Origin: Mobula birostris
Taxonomy: Eukaryota
Length of the DNA stretch: 64,000 nt
Direction: 5' to 3'
Assembly: GCF_030028105.1 (NCBI RefSeq)
Contig: NC_092376.1
Location: 170,777,613-170,841,612, forward strand
The translations under genes and the position numbers were made by a program. Under the pieces are notes generated by a model, which was not told the DNA's origin, ran no database searches, and saw only the letters and a program-made list of their open reading frames with translations. Below, one piece after another: positions 10,755-23,852 of the stretch (position 1 is its first letter; each line of letters starts with the position of its first letter).

Positions 10755-12660
10755 AAGATCTTATAGTGCAATTTGAGATTGGCAAGTATGACTTTGTGAG
10801 CATCACTGAGCTGTGGATGAAAGAAGATTATAGTTAGGAGCTTTACCTCCTAGGATACACATTGTATCAAAAGGACAGCTCTGTAGGCTGAAGTGTTACT
10901 GTGGCTCTGTTGGAAAGAAAAAGAAATCAAATCCTTAGTAGGAGGGCATAGGATTGGAAGACGTGGAACACATATGGGTAGTGTTCGGAAATTGTAAGGG
11001 TAAAAAGACTGATGGGAGATACATATATTCAGGGCTCTGAACAATAGCCAAGATATGATCTACAGGTTACAATAGGAAATAAAAAAAGCATGTCAAGATG
11101 CAAGATTCAAGATTCAAGGTACAAGTGCATTTATTATCAAAGAATGTATAAATTATACAGCTGGAGATTAGATTTGCTTGCTCAATGGTAGCCACAAAGC
11201 AAGAAACTCGAAAGAACCCAATTAAAGACATGAAAAGAATAAAAATAAAAGACCAATGCCCGATGTGCAAGAGAAAGAAAGACAAATAAATAAAAGGGCA
11301 ATGTTACAACACTCATGCGGGATTTCAATCCACAGTTACATTGGGAAAATCAGTTTGGCGCAGGATCTCAAGAGAGAGAATTTCTAGAATGAAATGCCGG
11401 CAAGACAGCTTTTTGGACCAGCTTGTCCTTAAGCCCACAAGGGGATCATCTGCTCTTGATTGGGTGCTGTGCAATAAACCTGATTTCATAAGGAAGTATA
11501 TGGTAAAGGAACCCTAAGGAGTCAGCAATCACAATATGATAGAATTCACCCGCAATTTGATAAAGTGAAGTTTGAATCAAATGTATTAGTATTACAGTGG
11601 AGTAAAGGGAATTACAGAGGCATGAGACAGCAGCTGACTAAATTTGATTGGGAGGGGACACGAGCAGGGCTGACAGCAGAGTGGCAATAGTTGGAGTTTC
11701 TGGGAGCAATTTGGAAGGCACAGGACAGATAGATCCCTAAGAAGAAGAATCATTCTAAAGGCAGGATGCTGCAACCATGACTGACAGGGGAAGTCAAAGC
11801 CAACATAAGAGCAACAAAGAGAGCATAGAGCAAATATTAGTGGGAAGTTGTAGGATTGGGAAACTTTTAAAAACTAACAGAAGGCAACTAAATAACCATA
11901 AAGGTGGAAAAGATGAAATAAGAAGGTAAGCTAGCCAACAATATCGAAGAGGATACCAAATGTTATTTTAGATACGTAAAGAGTAAAAGAGAGGCAAGAG
12001 TAGATATTGAAGCACTGGAGAATGCCTCTGGAGAGGTAGTAATGGGAGCAAGAACATGGTAAATAAATTGAATAAGTTTTTTGCATCATTCTTCACTGTG
12101 GGAGACAATAACAGTATGCCACAAGATTGAGAGTGTCATGGGACAGAAGTGAGTGTAGTCGCTATTACTAGTGAGAAGATACTTGGGAAACTGGAAGTTC
12201 TGGAGGTAGATAAATTACTTGAACCAGATGATCTACACCCCAGGGTTCTGAAAGAGGTAACCGAAGAGACTGTGGAGGCATGAGTAATGATCTTTCAAGT
12301 ATCACTAGATTCTGAAATGGTTCCGAAAGACTGGAAATTGTAAATGTTACTCCTCTCTTGAAGAAGGGAGGGAGGCATATGAAAGGAAATAATAGACCAG
12401 TTAGCCTGACCTCAATAGTTGGGACGATGTTGGAGTTGATTGTTAAGGATATGGTTTTGGGGTACTTGGAGGCACAAGATAAAATAGGCCGAAGTCAGCA
12501 TGGTTGCCTGAAGGGAAAATCTAGTCTGAAAAATCTGTTGGAATTCTTTGAAGAAATAGTAAGCAGGATAGACAACGAAGAAGCAGTTGATGTTGTGTAC
12601 TTGAATTTTCAGAAGGCAAGGTGCCACACATGAGGCTGCTTAGCAAGATAACAAGGCTGC
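10755..12660 (+). mobile_element. Old decayed CR1 (endonuclease to RT), with a Rex-type tail inserted at about 11095..11290
   Basis: ITELWMK, GNNRPVSLTS and VVYLNFQKA motifs, with many stops. Confidence 0.75.
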
Positions 12661-12699
12661 TTGAAAGACACAAGTATCGATAGAGGAAAGGCTGACTTT

Positions 12700-14690
12700 C
12701 ATATTTCATCTTTCTCTCATTGCTTTTTTATTTGCCCTCTGTTGGTTTTTAAACTCATTCCAAACCTCTAGGTTCCCACTATTTTTGCTTTATTATATGC
12801 CCACTCTTGCTTTTATACTATCTTTGACTTTCTTTGTCGGCCAAGACTGCATCATCCACCCTTTAGAATACTGTGCTTGTCTCCTTTCTTCTTCATCTTT
12901 GGGATGAATCCAGCCCGTGCCTTCTGAGTTGCACCCATAAATTCCAGCCATTGCTGTTCTGCCATCATTCTTGCTAGTGTCCCCTTCAATCAACTTTGAC
13001 CAGACCCTCCCTCATGCCTCTGTAATTCCCTTTACTCTACTGTAATACTGACTTATCTGATTTTAGCTTCTCCCTTTGAAACTGCATGGTGAATTCTATC
13101 AAATTATGTCCACTGCCTTCTGATGGGGCTCCTTAACTTGCTAAACAAATTTGTTTCATTATCCAACCCCTAATGCACTATTTCATTTTCCTTGGTTGGC
13201 TCAACCACAAGCATGTCTAAAAAGCTATTTTACAGACATTCCCCATAATCCTTCTCTTGGGATCCAGCACCAACCTGATTTTCCCAATTTAAATGCATAT
13301 TGAAATCCCCCATGATGATCATAACGTTGCCCTTTTACATGCCTCTTCCATCTGCCATTGTAATTTGAATCCTATTTCATGGCTACTGTTCTCCCATCAG
13401 GGTAATTTCTTAATACTATCCACAAGGATTCTGCAGCTTCTGATCCTACGACATCTCTTTCTAAGGGTTTGATTTCAATTTTTCACCAATGACGCCATGC
13501 CACCCCCTCTACCTGCCCATGCTTTTGATGCAATGGGTATCCTTGGATGCTAAATTCCCAACTACAATCTTTTCTCATCCATGACTCTGTGATACCCACA
13601 AAATCATACCCGCTAATTTCTAACTGTGCTACAAGATATCTACTTTATTCTGTTTACTATGTGCATTCAAATATAATATCCTCAGTCCTGTATTCATCAA
13701 CCTTTTCAATTTTGCCTGTATGTTACCAGAAATTAAATTCTTATTCTTTCTAACATTTTTATTTTTTCATTCATACTGCAGACTTTTACCACCTCTCCTG
13801 CACTTTCTTTCCCTTTTACTTTATCCTCACTTTTGCAAACTGTTGATCTGGTGCACCTATTATTTAATTTAAAGACAAAGACACACTTCAACAATTCCCA
13901 CTGACTGCAACTCTGTCCCATCAAATACCTGTCCTTCCTCAGTCTCACTACACAATGCATCCACTTGTATACTATTGCCCCGTCCTCTGCCCTGTCACTC
14001 TGGTTCCCATCTCCCTGCAAAATTAGTTTAAAAACCATCCCCAGGAGATCTAGCAAACCTGCCTACGAGTATATTGGTTCCCCTCAAGTTTGGGTGTAAC
14101 CTGTCCTTTTTAGATAGGTCATAGCTTCCCCAGAAGAGATCCCAATGATCCCTGCAAGTAATCTGAAACTCTGCCCCCTGCATGATTTTCTCATCCATCG
14201 GTCACTTCATCCTATTCTTACCCTCACTAGCCCATGGCAAAGTCAGCAATCCAGAGATTCCTACCCTTGAGGTCCTGCTTTTTAGCTTTCTACCTCTTCA
14301 GAACCTCATCTCTTTTCCTACCAGCATGTACTACAACTTCTGGCTGCTCAGCTTGCCCTTTAGAATACTGTGGACCTGATCCCATCACCTGAGAAGCAAC
14401 TCATCATCCGAGTGTCTCTTTCACGTCCACAGAATCTCCTGTCTGCTGTTCCAACTAATTAAATCACCTATTACTACATCATTCCTCTTCTCTCCATTCC
14501 CTTCTTAGCCACAGAGACAGAATCAGTGCCTGAAATATGGTCATATGGTGGTGATGGTGAGCTATAAGCTGCTATGTTGTTGTAAACCCCACCTGGTTCA
14601 CTCCAATATTTCAGATGAGCAAATTTCACCTGGTCTGGCATACCTGTGACTCCACACTGTGACGAAGAGTGCTCGGTAAACTTACTCTGT
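12700..14690 (-). mobile_element. Old decayed CR1 (ORF1 esterase to endonuclease)
   Basis: CR1-like endonuclease/linker remnants and the esterase C-terminal segment; no long ORF. Confidence 0.65.
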
Positions 14691-17040
14691 ATATATATAT
14701 ATATACACACTCACATTGCCTTGTCATTTTGCTGTTGTTGTGCTGAACGCATGCACTTCAATGTCTTCCCCAATATATTCTTTTAATGGGTTGGCTTTAT
14801 GATGCCTTTCCTGCCAAACACGTGGAACATTCTATTTCCTCGGTAATGGGGATGTGTATATATTGTTTGTACACTGTATTTAAGGTAGATACTTCTGTTT
14901 ATTTTGTAATATGATTGTAACTACATTGTGGAGTGTATCATATTCTAATTCATGTATTATCCTAAGTTAACTTTGTGGGTAATTAAACTTGGCATGCCAA
15001 GGTACCTGGGTCAGTTTTCTCTCAGTAAGAGAGCTACCAGGAATTCACACTGGACGGAGTTCGGAGCTTTTATTATGTTTTCTGTTAGATACCTTTTTGT
15101 ACATATTGGCAGATTTCTTTTCCATACTTTCGCAAATTTTTGTAAGCTTGATTTCTTGATGCACCAAATAAGTACTCTTATACGAAAATGTTAAGTGACC
15201 CCAGTCATGTTTTCTTCAGTCATAAGCCACATCTCATAACACACACCTACAGCAATGTGGTTGACTTTTATGAGCACCTTGAAATGTCACAGCCCTCCAC
15301 TCTGCTCAGAATTTGTTGGGCATGGGCAATAAATGCTGGCTTTGTAGCAGCTTCCACATCCCCAGTATCTCCAAAAAGGTTTGTCAAAGTGAAATAGTAT
15401 ATATTCTACAAGTGAAGACTTTTCAGTCGGGCTGTACCATGAATAGATTTTAGAAAAGAGGCAGTAAATGTGTGGGTGATGAACTGACACTTCCATAAAT
15501 GAAGGTCACATCAGTCATGTTAAAAACTGTGATATTGATGGTACATTCTGTGATGTTAGAGGTGAGGAACAATAAAAGATGCATCAGAACAGTAGTTAAT
15601 AATAAACAGTGTGGCACAAAGTTTCAACCTTGGGTGAAATTTGCAGTGCTGGGACAAAGAGTACACAATTTCACAAACTGCTTTAAATTCAAGTGTCCAT
15701 CTGTACTTCACTGACCCTAAAGCATGCCCCAAACCAGCACAATCAGAAGAGTTTGAAGATGTAAATGGACCAATCAAATGGCCAGGCAGTATGTATGGAC
15801 ATTTTGGATTGACATTGGGACACGAGCATTCAAACTTGAGCTGTGTGCTTGGTAATGCAAATTGGGAGGGTAATCAAAGCAACTCATATCAGGACAGTGA
15901 GGGACAGCAAGGTCTCATGGAGCATGTGTACCAATTCCTATTCACATCAGGACAGGTAGGCAAGATAGTCAAGGAATCATGTGGGATTTTTGCCTGAATT
16001 GTCAGATTCATTTTATACAGGAGCAGGGAAGTACAAGAAAGGCATTTAGATAGGCACATGAATACACTTTCAGTTTCTTAATTCGCCCATCTTCCCATCC
16101 CATCTATCCGCCTTCTCCCTCACCTGCTCTCATCTATCAGCTGCCAACTTGTACTCAAGTTCAAGGTTAATTGTCATATAGCCATACGTGTATAGACATG
16201 AAAACAGCCAAAGGAAACAATGTTCCTCTAGAATAGCTATGGCTGGAATTTCTGGGTGCAACTCGGAAAGGATAAGATAGGTTCATCCCAAAGAAGAAGT
16301 GTTTAAAGGGGGGAGGGAGGAGGTCACCAGGCTGACAAGGGAAGTCAAAGACAGCATAAAAGAAGGGAAGATAGCAGTAATATACTGTATGCACTCCGGT
16401 CCTAGAGCCTCCTCATCATAGGAAACATCTTCTCCCCATCCACACAATATACACCTAGCAAAATTCGATAAGTTTCAATGAAATTTCTTCTACTTCTTCT
16501 AAATTACAGTGAGCAAAGGCAAAGAGTGGTTGTTCGTTCCTCATACAATAAACCTTTCATTCCTGGAATAACTCCCGTGAAGTTCCATTTAACCCGCTCC
16601 AGTGTCAGCACATCCTTTTTTCAATGAAGGGCCCAAACAGGAGAAAACATGCGGTGCTGGAAATCCAAAGCAATCCACACAAAATGCTGGAGGAACTCAG
16701 CAAGCTGGGCAGCATCTATGGAAAACAATAAACAGTCAACATATGTGCTTACTTTGGAGCGGGTCTAGAGCAGGGTTTAGTGATTGGATATCAAAGATTA
16801 CAGGGAGAAAGCAGAAGAATGGGATTGAGATGGATAATAAATCAGCCATGATGGAATGATAGAGCAGACTTGATGAGCTGAATAGTTTAATTCTGTTTCT
16901 ATAGTATATATTATGATATTTTGGTCTGAGTATTATCCTCAGGGTAAAAGAGTCCAAATTTAAAGGATATAGATTTACAGTAATAGAAAAAACATAAAGT
17001 AAGTTGAAGAACAACTTTTCCACGCAGAGAGTAAAGTCCA

Positions 17041-20000
17041 AAGTTCAAAGTAAATTTATTATCAGAGTACGTACATATCATCATATACAACTCCGAGACT
17101 CATTTTCTTGGGGGCATACTCAATAAGTCCATCATAGAAAAATAATATAATAGAACCAATGAAAGACCGCATTGTGTTCAACCAGTGTGCGAAAGAAAAC
17201 AAATCGTACAAAAAGAAAAGCGATATAAATAATAATAAAACATAAATAAGCAATAAATATCAAGAACATGAGATGAAGTGTACTTGAAAGTAAATCCAGT
17301 TTGTGTGAACAGTCAAATGATGGAACAAATGGAGTTGAATTAAGTTATCCCCTTTGGTTCAAGAAGCTGATGGTTGAGGGGTAATGACTGTTCCTGAAGC
17401 TGGTGGTGTAAGTCCTGAGGCTCTTGTACCTTCTATCTAATGGCAGCAGTGAGAAGAGAAGAAGAACTGGGTGGTGGATGCTGCTTTCCTGCAACAATGC
17501 TTCATGTAGATGTGCTGGGGAAGGCTTTACCTACAATAGACTAGGGTGTATGCATTACTTTTTGTAGGATTTTTCATTCAAGGGCACTGGTGTTTCCATA
17601 CCAGGCTGTAATGTAGCCAGCCAATATACTGTCCACCACACATCTATAGAAGTTTGTCAAAGTTTTTAATGTCATACGGAATCTTTGCAAACTCCTCATA
17701 ATGTAGGGATGCTGTCGTGGTTGATTCATAATTGCACGTTCGTGCTGGGCCCAGGACAGAGTCTCCGAAATAATAACACTGAGGAATTTAAAGTTGCTGA
17801 CCCGCTTCCGCTCTGACCCTGCAATGAGAACTGGCTCATGGACCACTGCTTTTCTCCTCCTGAAGTTAATAATCAGCTCCTTGGTCTTGTTGACATTGAC
17901 TAAGAGGTTGTTATTATGATACTGCTCAGCCAGATTTTCAGTCTCCCTCCTATATACTGATTCATCATCACCTTCAATTCTGCCTACAACAGTGGAGTTA
18001 GAAAACTTCAATATGGCACACAGTCAAAAGTGTGAAACAAGTACTGCAGGGGGCTAAGCACACAGCTTTGTGGTGCATCTGTGCTGATGGAGATCAAGGA
18101 GGAGATGTTGTTGCCAATCTGAACTGACTGGTGTCAACAAGTGAGGAAATCGAGGAACCAACTGCAAAAGCAGTTATTGAAGGCAATGACGAGGAGCTTG
18201 TTGATTAGATTTGCAGAGACGATGGTATTGAATGTTGACCTGTAGTCAATAAACAGTGTCATTGCTGTCTAGATGTTAAGTGAAGAGCCAATGGGATGGT
18301 ATCTGCTTCAGTAGGCAAACTGGAGTGTATCTAAGTCACTTCTCAGGCAGGAGTTGATATGTTTCATCACCGGTCTCTGAAAGCATTTCATCACTGTGGA
18401 TGTCAGTGCTACAGGATGATAGTTATTAAGACAGATCACAGTATTCTTCTTGGGCACCAATATAATTGAAGCCTGCTTGAAGCAGGTGGATACCTCAGAC
18501 TGCTGAAGTGAAAAGTTAAAAATCTCAGTGAACACTCCAGCCAGTTGATCAGATCAGGTTTTTTAGGACTTGGTCAAGTACCCAGTCTGGGCAAAATACT
18601 TTTCGTGGGTTCACCCTCCAGAAGGCTGTTCGCACGTCTGCCTCAGAGACTGAAATCATAGGGTAGTTGTGGGCAATTGGAGTTTGTGATGGTTCCTCCA
18701 TCTTTTCACAGGCAAAGTGAGCATGGATGGCACTGAACTCATCTAGAAGCGAAGCCTTGCCGTCACCTATGTTGTTTGATTCAACTTTATAAGAGGTGCC
18801 CAGACCGAATTGTCAAACACCCTTCATTGACTATAAGACCATAAGACCATAAGATATAGGAGCAGAAGTAGGCCATTTGACCCATTGAGTCTGCTCCACC
18901 ATTCAATCTTGGGCTGATCAAATTCTTCCAGTCATCCCCACTCCCCTACCTTCTCCCCATACCCTTTGATGCCCTGGCTAATCAGAAACCTATCTATCTC
19001 TGCCTTAAATATACACAATGACTTGGCCTCTGCAAGAGGACAAGAGGGCACAAGAAGTTCCACAGATTCACCATCGTCGGACAAAAGTAATTTCACCGCA
19101 TCTCGGTTCTAAATGGACGTCCTTCAATCCTGAAGTTGTGCCCTCTTGTCCTCGAATCCCCTACCACGGGAAATAACTTTGCCATATTAAATCTGTTCAG
19201 ACCCTTTAACATTCGGAATGTTTCTATCAGATTCCCGCTCATTCTCCTGAACTCCAGAGAATACAGTCCAAATACTGCCAGGCGTTCCTCATACGGTAAC
19301 CGTTTCATTCCTGGAATCAATCTTGTGAATTTTCTCTGAATCATCTCCAATGTCAGTATATCCTTTCTAAATTAAGGAGCACAAAACTGCACACAATACT
19401 CCAAGTGTGGTCTCACGAGTACCTTCTAGAGGCTCAACATCACATCCCTGCTCTTATATTCTATACCTATGGAAATGAATACCTACATTGCATTAGCCTG
19501 CTTCACCACCGACTCAACCTGGACTCCCAAGTCCCTTTGCACCTCTGCATTTTGAATTCTCTCTCCATCTAAATAATAGTCTGCCTGTTTACTTCTTCCA
19601 CCAAATTGCATGACCATACACTTTCCAACATTGTATTTCATTTGCCACTTCTTTACCCATTCCCCTAAACTATCTAAGCCTCTCTGCAGGCTCTGTTTCC
19701 TCAACACTACCTGCTCCTCCACCTGTCTTTGTATCATTGACAAATTTAGCCACAAATCCATTAATCCTATAATCCAAATCATTGACATTCATCGTAAAAA
19801 GCAGCGGTCCCAACATCGACCCCTGTGAAACTCCACTGGTAAACAGCAGCCAACCGGAATAGGATCCCTTTATTCCCACTCTCTGTTTTCTGCTGATCAG
19901 CCAATGCTCCACCCATGCTAGCAACTTCCCTGTAATTCCACAGGCTCTTATCTTGCTAAGCAGCCTCATGTGCGACACCTTGTTAAAGGCCTTCTGAAAA

Positions 20001-21190
20001 TTCAAGTACACTCTGTCTACTGTATCTCCTTTGTCTTCCTTGCTTGTAACTTCCTCAAAGAATTGAAGTAGGTTTGTCTGGCAGGATTTTCCTTTCAGGA
20101 AACCATGCTGACTTTGACCTATCTTGTCATGTGCCCCCAGGTACTACATAATCTCAGCCCCAACAATCGATTCCAACAACTTACCAACCACTGATGTCAG
20201 GCTAGCAGGCCTACAGTTTCCTTTCTGCTGCCTCCCACCCTCCTTAAATAGCAGAGTAACATTTGCAATTTTCCAGTCATCCAGTACAATGCCAGAATCT
20301 ATCGATCCTTTAAAGATAATCATTAATATCTCTGCAATCTCTCCAGCGACTTCCTTCAGAACCCAAGGGTGCATTTCATCAGGTCCAGGAGATTTATCCA
20401 CCCTCAGACCACTAAGCTTCCTTAGCACCTCTCAGTCATAATTTTCACTGCACAAACTTCACTTCCCTGACACTCTTGAATGTTTGGTATAGTGCAGATG
20501 TCTTCCACGGTGAAGACTGATGCAAAATACATATTCAGTTCCTCTTGCCATCTCTTTAACTCTCATTACAATATCTCCAGCATCATTTTCCATTGGTCCT
20601 ATATCTACCTTCGACTCTCCTTTACTCTTTATATACTTAAAAAAGCTTTTAGTATCTTCTTTGATATGAGTAACCAGCTTCCTTTCATAATTTATCCTTT
20701 CCTTCCTAATGGACTTAGTTTCCTTCTGCAAGTTTTTAAAAGCTTGCCAATTCTCTATCTTCCCACCTGCTCTGGCTTACTTATATGCCCTCTTTTTTGC
20801 TTTTACTTTGGCTCTGACTTCACTCCTCAGCCACGGTAGTGTGCTTCTTCCCTTCGAAAATTTCTTATTTGGAATATATCTATCTTGCACTTCTCTCACT
20901 TTTCGCAGAAACTCGACTTCAGTTTAGTCCGGAATTCTCACCTCACTCTTGACTTGGCTTTGCAGGGATTGTATTTGGATCTCTTGTAACTTTCTGAGGA
21001 ACACTCTGAATGATTTTGTGGGGACACACTCATCTACAACTGTTTTTATGAAGCCCTTGAGAACTAGCATATTCATTCAAATCCACAGATGAGTCCTTAA
21101 ACATAACTCAGTCTACTGACTCGAACCAATCCCATAGCCACCCCTCTGCCACCCGCAACGATGTCTTTGCTGTCCTAAACTCTGGAGCTT
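17041..21190 (-). mobile_element. Rex1/Babar-type LINE split by a CR1 insertion
   Basis: ORFs 18308..18535 (FNFSLQQSEVSTCFKQASII.VPKK...PVALTS) and 17574..18011 (NVNKTKELIINFR); tail aataaatttactttgaactt; related sequence resumes at about 20920. Confidence 0.75.
18833..20915 (-). mobile_element. CR1 LINE, 5'-truncated
   Basis: (ataagacc)n tail and ORF2 fragments (SPGPDEMHP, YLNFQKAFNKV, SGVSQGSMLGP). Confidence 0.9.
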
Positions 21191-21345
21191 TTCTCCTTCA
21201 CAAAACAGAAGGAAAATGCAGAAGAAAGATGTGTGTGAGGAAATGGTAATTAACAATAAATACTTAGCACAGTCAGAGATCTACAACTGCTGAGAAATTG
21301 TATCTGAGTCAACATAAAATGAGGAACAAACTTCACTACCCATTT

Positions 21346-21579
21346 TAAAACCGCAAACACAAGGAATTCTGCAGATGCTGGAAATTCAAGCAACACACAT
21401 CAAAGTTGCTGGTGAACACAGCAGGTCAGGCAGCATCTCTAGGAAGAGGTACAGTCGACGTTTCAGGCTGGGACCCTTCTTCAGGACTGGCGAAGGGTCC
21501 CGGCCTGAAACGTCAACTGTACCTCTTCCTAGAGATGCTGCCTGACCTGCTGCATTCACCAGCAACTTTGATGTGTGTT
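21346..21579. mobile_element. Penelope pseudo-LTR-derived inverted-repeat insertion
   Basis: Arms 21392..21479 and 21492..21579 (88 bp, 84/88 complementary, 12-nt loop), flanked by a perfect 16-bp direct repeat acttcactacccattt (21330..21345, 21580..21595). Confidence 0.85.
21452..21489 (-). ncRNA. Minimal type I hammerhead ribozyme motif (Penelope-associated)
   Basis: Minus strand reads CAGUC-CUGAAGA-AGGGUCCCAGCCU-GAAAC-GUC-GACUG: 5-bp stem I, CUGANGA core, stem II, GAAA, a loopless palindromic stem III (ACGU) and a GUC triplet. Confidence 0.75.
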
Positions 21580-22804
21580 ACTTCACTACCCATTTCCTCA
21601 TTTTGTTAACCGGAAATGTCTTTTGAAATGGGGTGTTAACTGTTCACATTGTTCACACTATTAACATCAGTGGATCAGATGGACACCGGCTCGGCTGTGT
21701 AGGTCACTAAGGGTGAGTGACTTTGGCAACTATGGAAATTGAGTGCGAGCAGGTCAGCGGGGCCTGGAATATCACTCTAATGTGGGGCCAAGTCAATGGG
21801 TATATTTGAAGTGGAGATGGCTAGGTTCTCGATGAGTAAGGGTGTAAAAAGTCACAATGAGAAGGCAGGAGAACAGAGTTAAGAGAGATAATAAATCAGC
21901 CGTGATGGAATGTGGAATAGACATGCTGGATTGAATGGTCTAAATCTGCACCTTTGTATTATTGCTGAATGGATAGACAGTAATGTTTCACAGCTGTAGT
22001 TTTTCAGTTGAGGAAGTGGTCAGAATAGATTTGAAACTTTGACAAATCAACACCCTGAACCGAAGTTAGCAGAGCCAACAATTTTTATTCCATTTTTAAT
22101 AGCATTTTTATACAATCAAGAGTATTTCTTGATTTCATTTAAAGTAAGATCTGTGCAGTTCTTTTAATACTGTTCAAAAAGAATATTGGACTCAGACAAT
22201 GAATAAATATTCTTAAAATTTGATTTGGTTTATTTGGGAGTAACCAGACCTTTAATAAATGAAAATTATTTTTCAAATCAACATTACCTTGAATTGGGAT
22301 TGGGGCAAAGAAGATCACAAGTTACTCTCAAAAGCTGTGAAGGTCTTGGGGCAATCTGTGAGGTTCTATATGGGAAACACTAAAAGATACAGGAGAAAAT
22401 TGTATCATTATGAAGATGTTGGCTGAAACTTCTGCCTTAGTTAAAACTGGAAACACACAGTCAATATTAGATTAACTTGCAAAATCTTTTATTACCTTAA
22501 ATAAAAAATCAATCTCACTTGTCTCTTTTTTCAACCTATAGTTCACCATGTGGTGTTGTGTCTGCATACAGTTTAAAACTATCAGACCACCACAATTCAT
22601 TAAGAAACATAGAACCCAACAAAACTGACCACGTTCCTTTCATTATGGCATATTCTGTCATTTACCATTACCTTGCACATTTGATGCCCTCCCAAACCCT
22701 TTAAAATAATGATGTTCCAAGTCTAAATTCTTCCAATACATTTTTGAGTTCAGTAACGTCCTGTTTGTGGATTGTCCAAGTTAGCTATTCCAAGCTGATT
22801 TTTC

Positions 22805-23002
22805 ATTGGCTCAAACACACTTAACACGAGTCATTGCTGAACCCTGAGCTGAAGAGGAAGAGGAAGCTCGACGGCCCTGTGGTTTTTCTTGAGATGCTGT
22901 CACTCACGATGCGGAGTCTGGGGAATTCAGCCTGTTGTGTGTCACCGTATTCGTAACTTTCATGTCAGTCTGTGGACTCCTTCACGAGTATCTTCCCACA
23001 AG
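22805..23002 (+). promoter_or_regulatory. Candidate promoter and first exon (leader-like, frameshifted) ending at a consensus donor
   Basis: Non-repetitive sequence with AAG|GTAAGT at 23002/23003, reverse CCAAT at 22805, tandem GAGGAAG (Ets-like) at 22854..22866, TGTGGTT (RUNX-like) at 22878, and a hydrophobic reading frame. Such short motifs are weak evidence alone. Confidence 0.5.
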
Positions 23003-23852
23003 GTAAGTGACCTCACTGTAATCTCACTTCAAGGAAAGGAGATCATTAAATGAGGTCAAACAATTGAACTCAGTGTTAATTATCTTATACTCTTTGATAT
23101 TTCACTCTTTCAATCAGTTCTACTGTTGCGTTCTGTCTCGCTGTCGATTAAACAAGGGCTTTAAGACATTATTTATTTGTTCTTTTACTTAGTTTTCTCT
23201 CAATTGCAATAAAGGAGAGTTCTCACAGATCAATGACCAGAATTCCATATTATACTCATTTTAAGCTTCCCTTCTTGTTGCCTGGTCAATACAACACTTT
23301 CAAAGTCAAAATGGATTTAATTTTTCCTGTTTCCCCGCCAGCGGTTCCCTGGGACCGTTTGAGATTTTCATTCTCCCTCACCATTCTGCTGCCTGTTCAG
23401 TTCATGGCCTGAGCAGTGAGTTCAAACTTACCTGGAACCATTTTGCTGGGAAGAGTGTAGATGAACATCTCAGACAAACTGAATGGGCAGCTCCTTAAGG
23501 TGGGATTGAAATTACAGATCGGCAACATGTAATTCTAGAATATCATCAGTTAGAAGTCGTATGAGTGTGCGAAAATGGTAGTGGGCAACAAGGAAGGCCA
23601 CCAAAGCTTGCAGTGGCATAGAAATCAGCTGGGAAAATGGGCTGAAAGATGGCAGATGAGATTTAATGAGATAAAACGGCTTCCGCAGATTCAACTGCCA
23701 GCAGGATCCTCAATGGCAGTTGGGGCCACTGATTGAGTGGGTGGGGACTCTGGTGTGGAGGAGCCTAGCAGTTTGGAAAGGGTTAGTTTGTAGCCTATGG
23801 CTGCTAAAGGGAGGGTGGGGGGGTTGAGATTGAAGGAGGAGGGTGGGAGACT

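Noticed and set aside
23342-23500. Possible second exon after the strong acceptor ttttcctgtttccccgccag
   Set aside because: No convincing donor or recognisable peptide follows, and the phase-2 frame stops near 23500. Needs RNA evidence.
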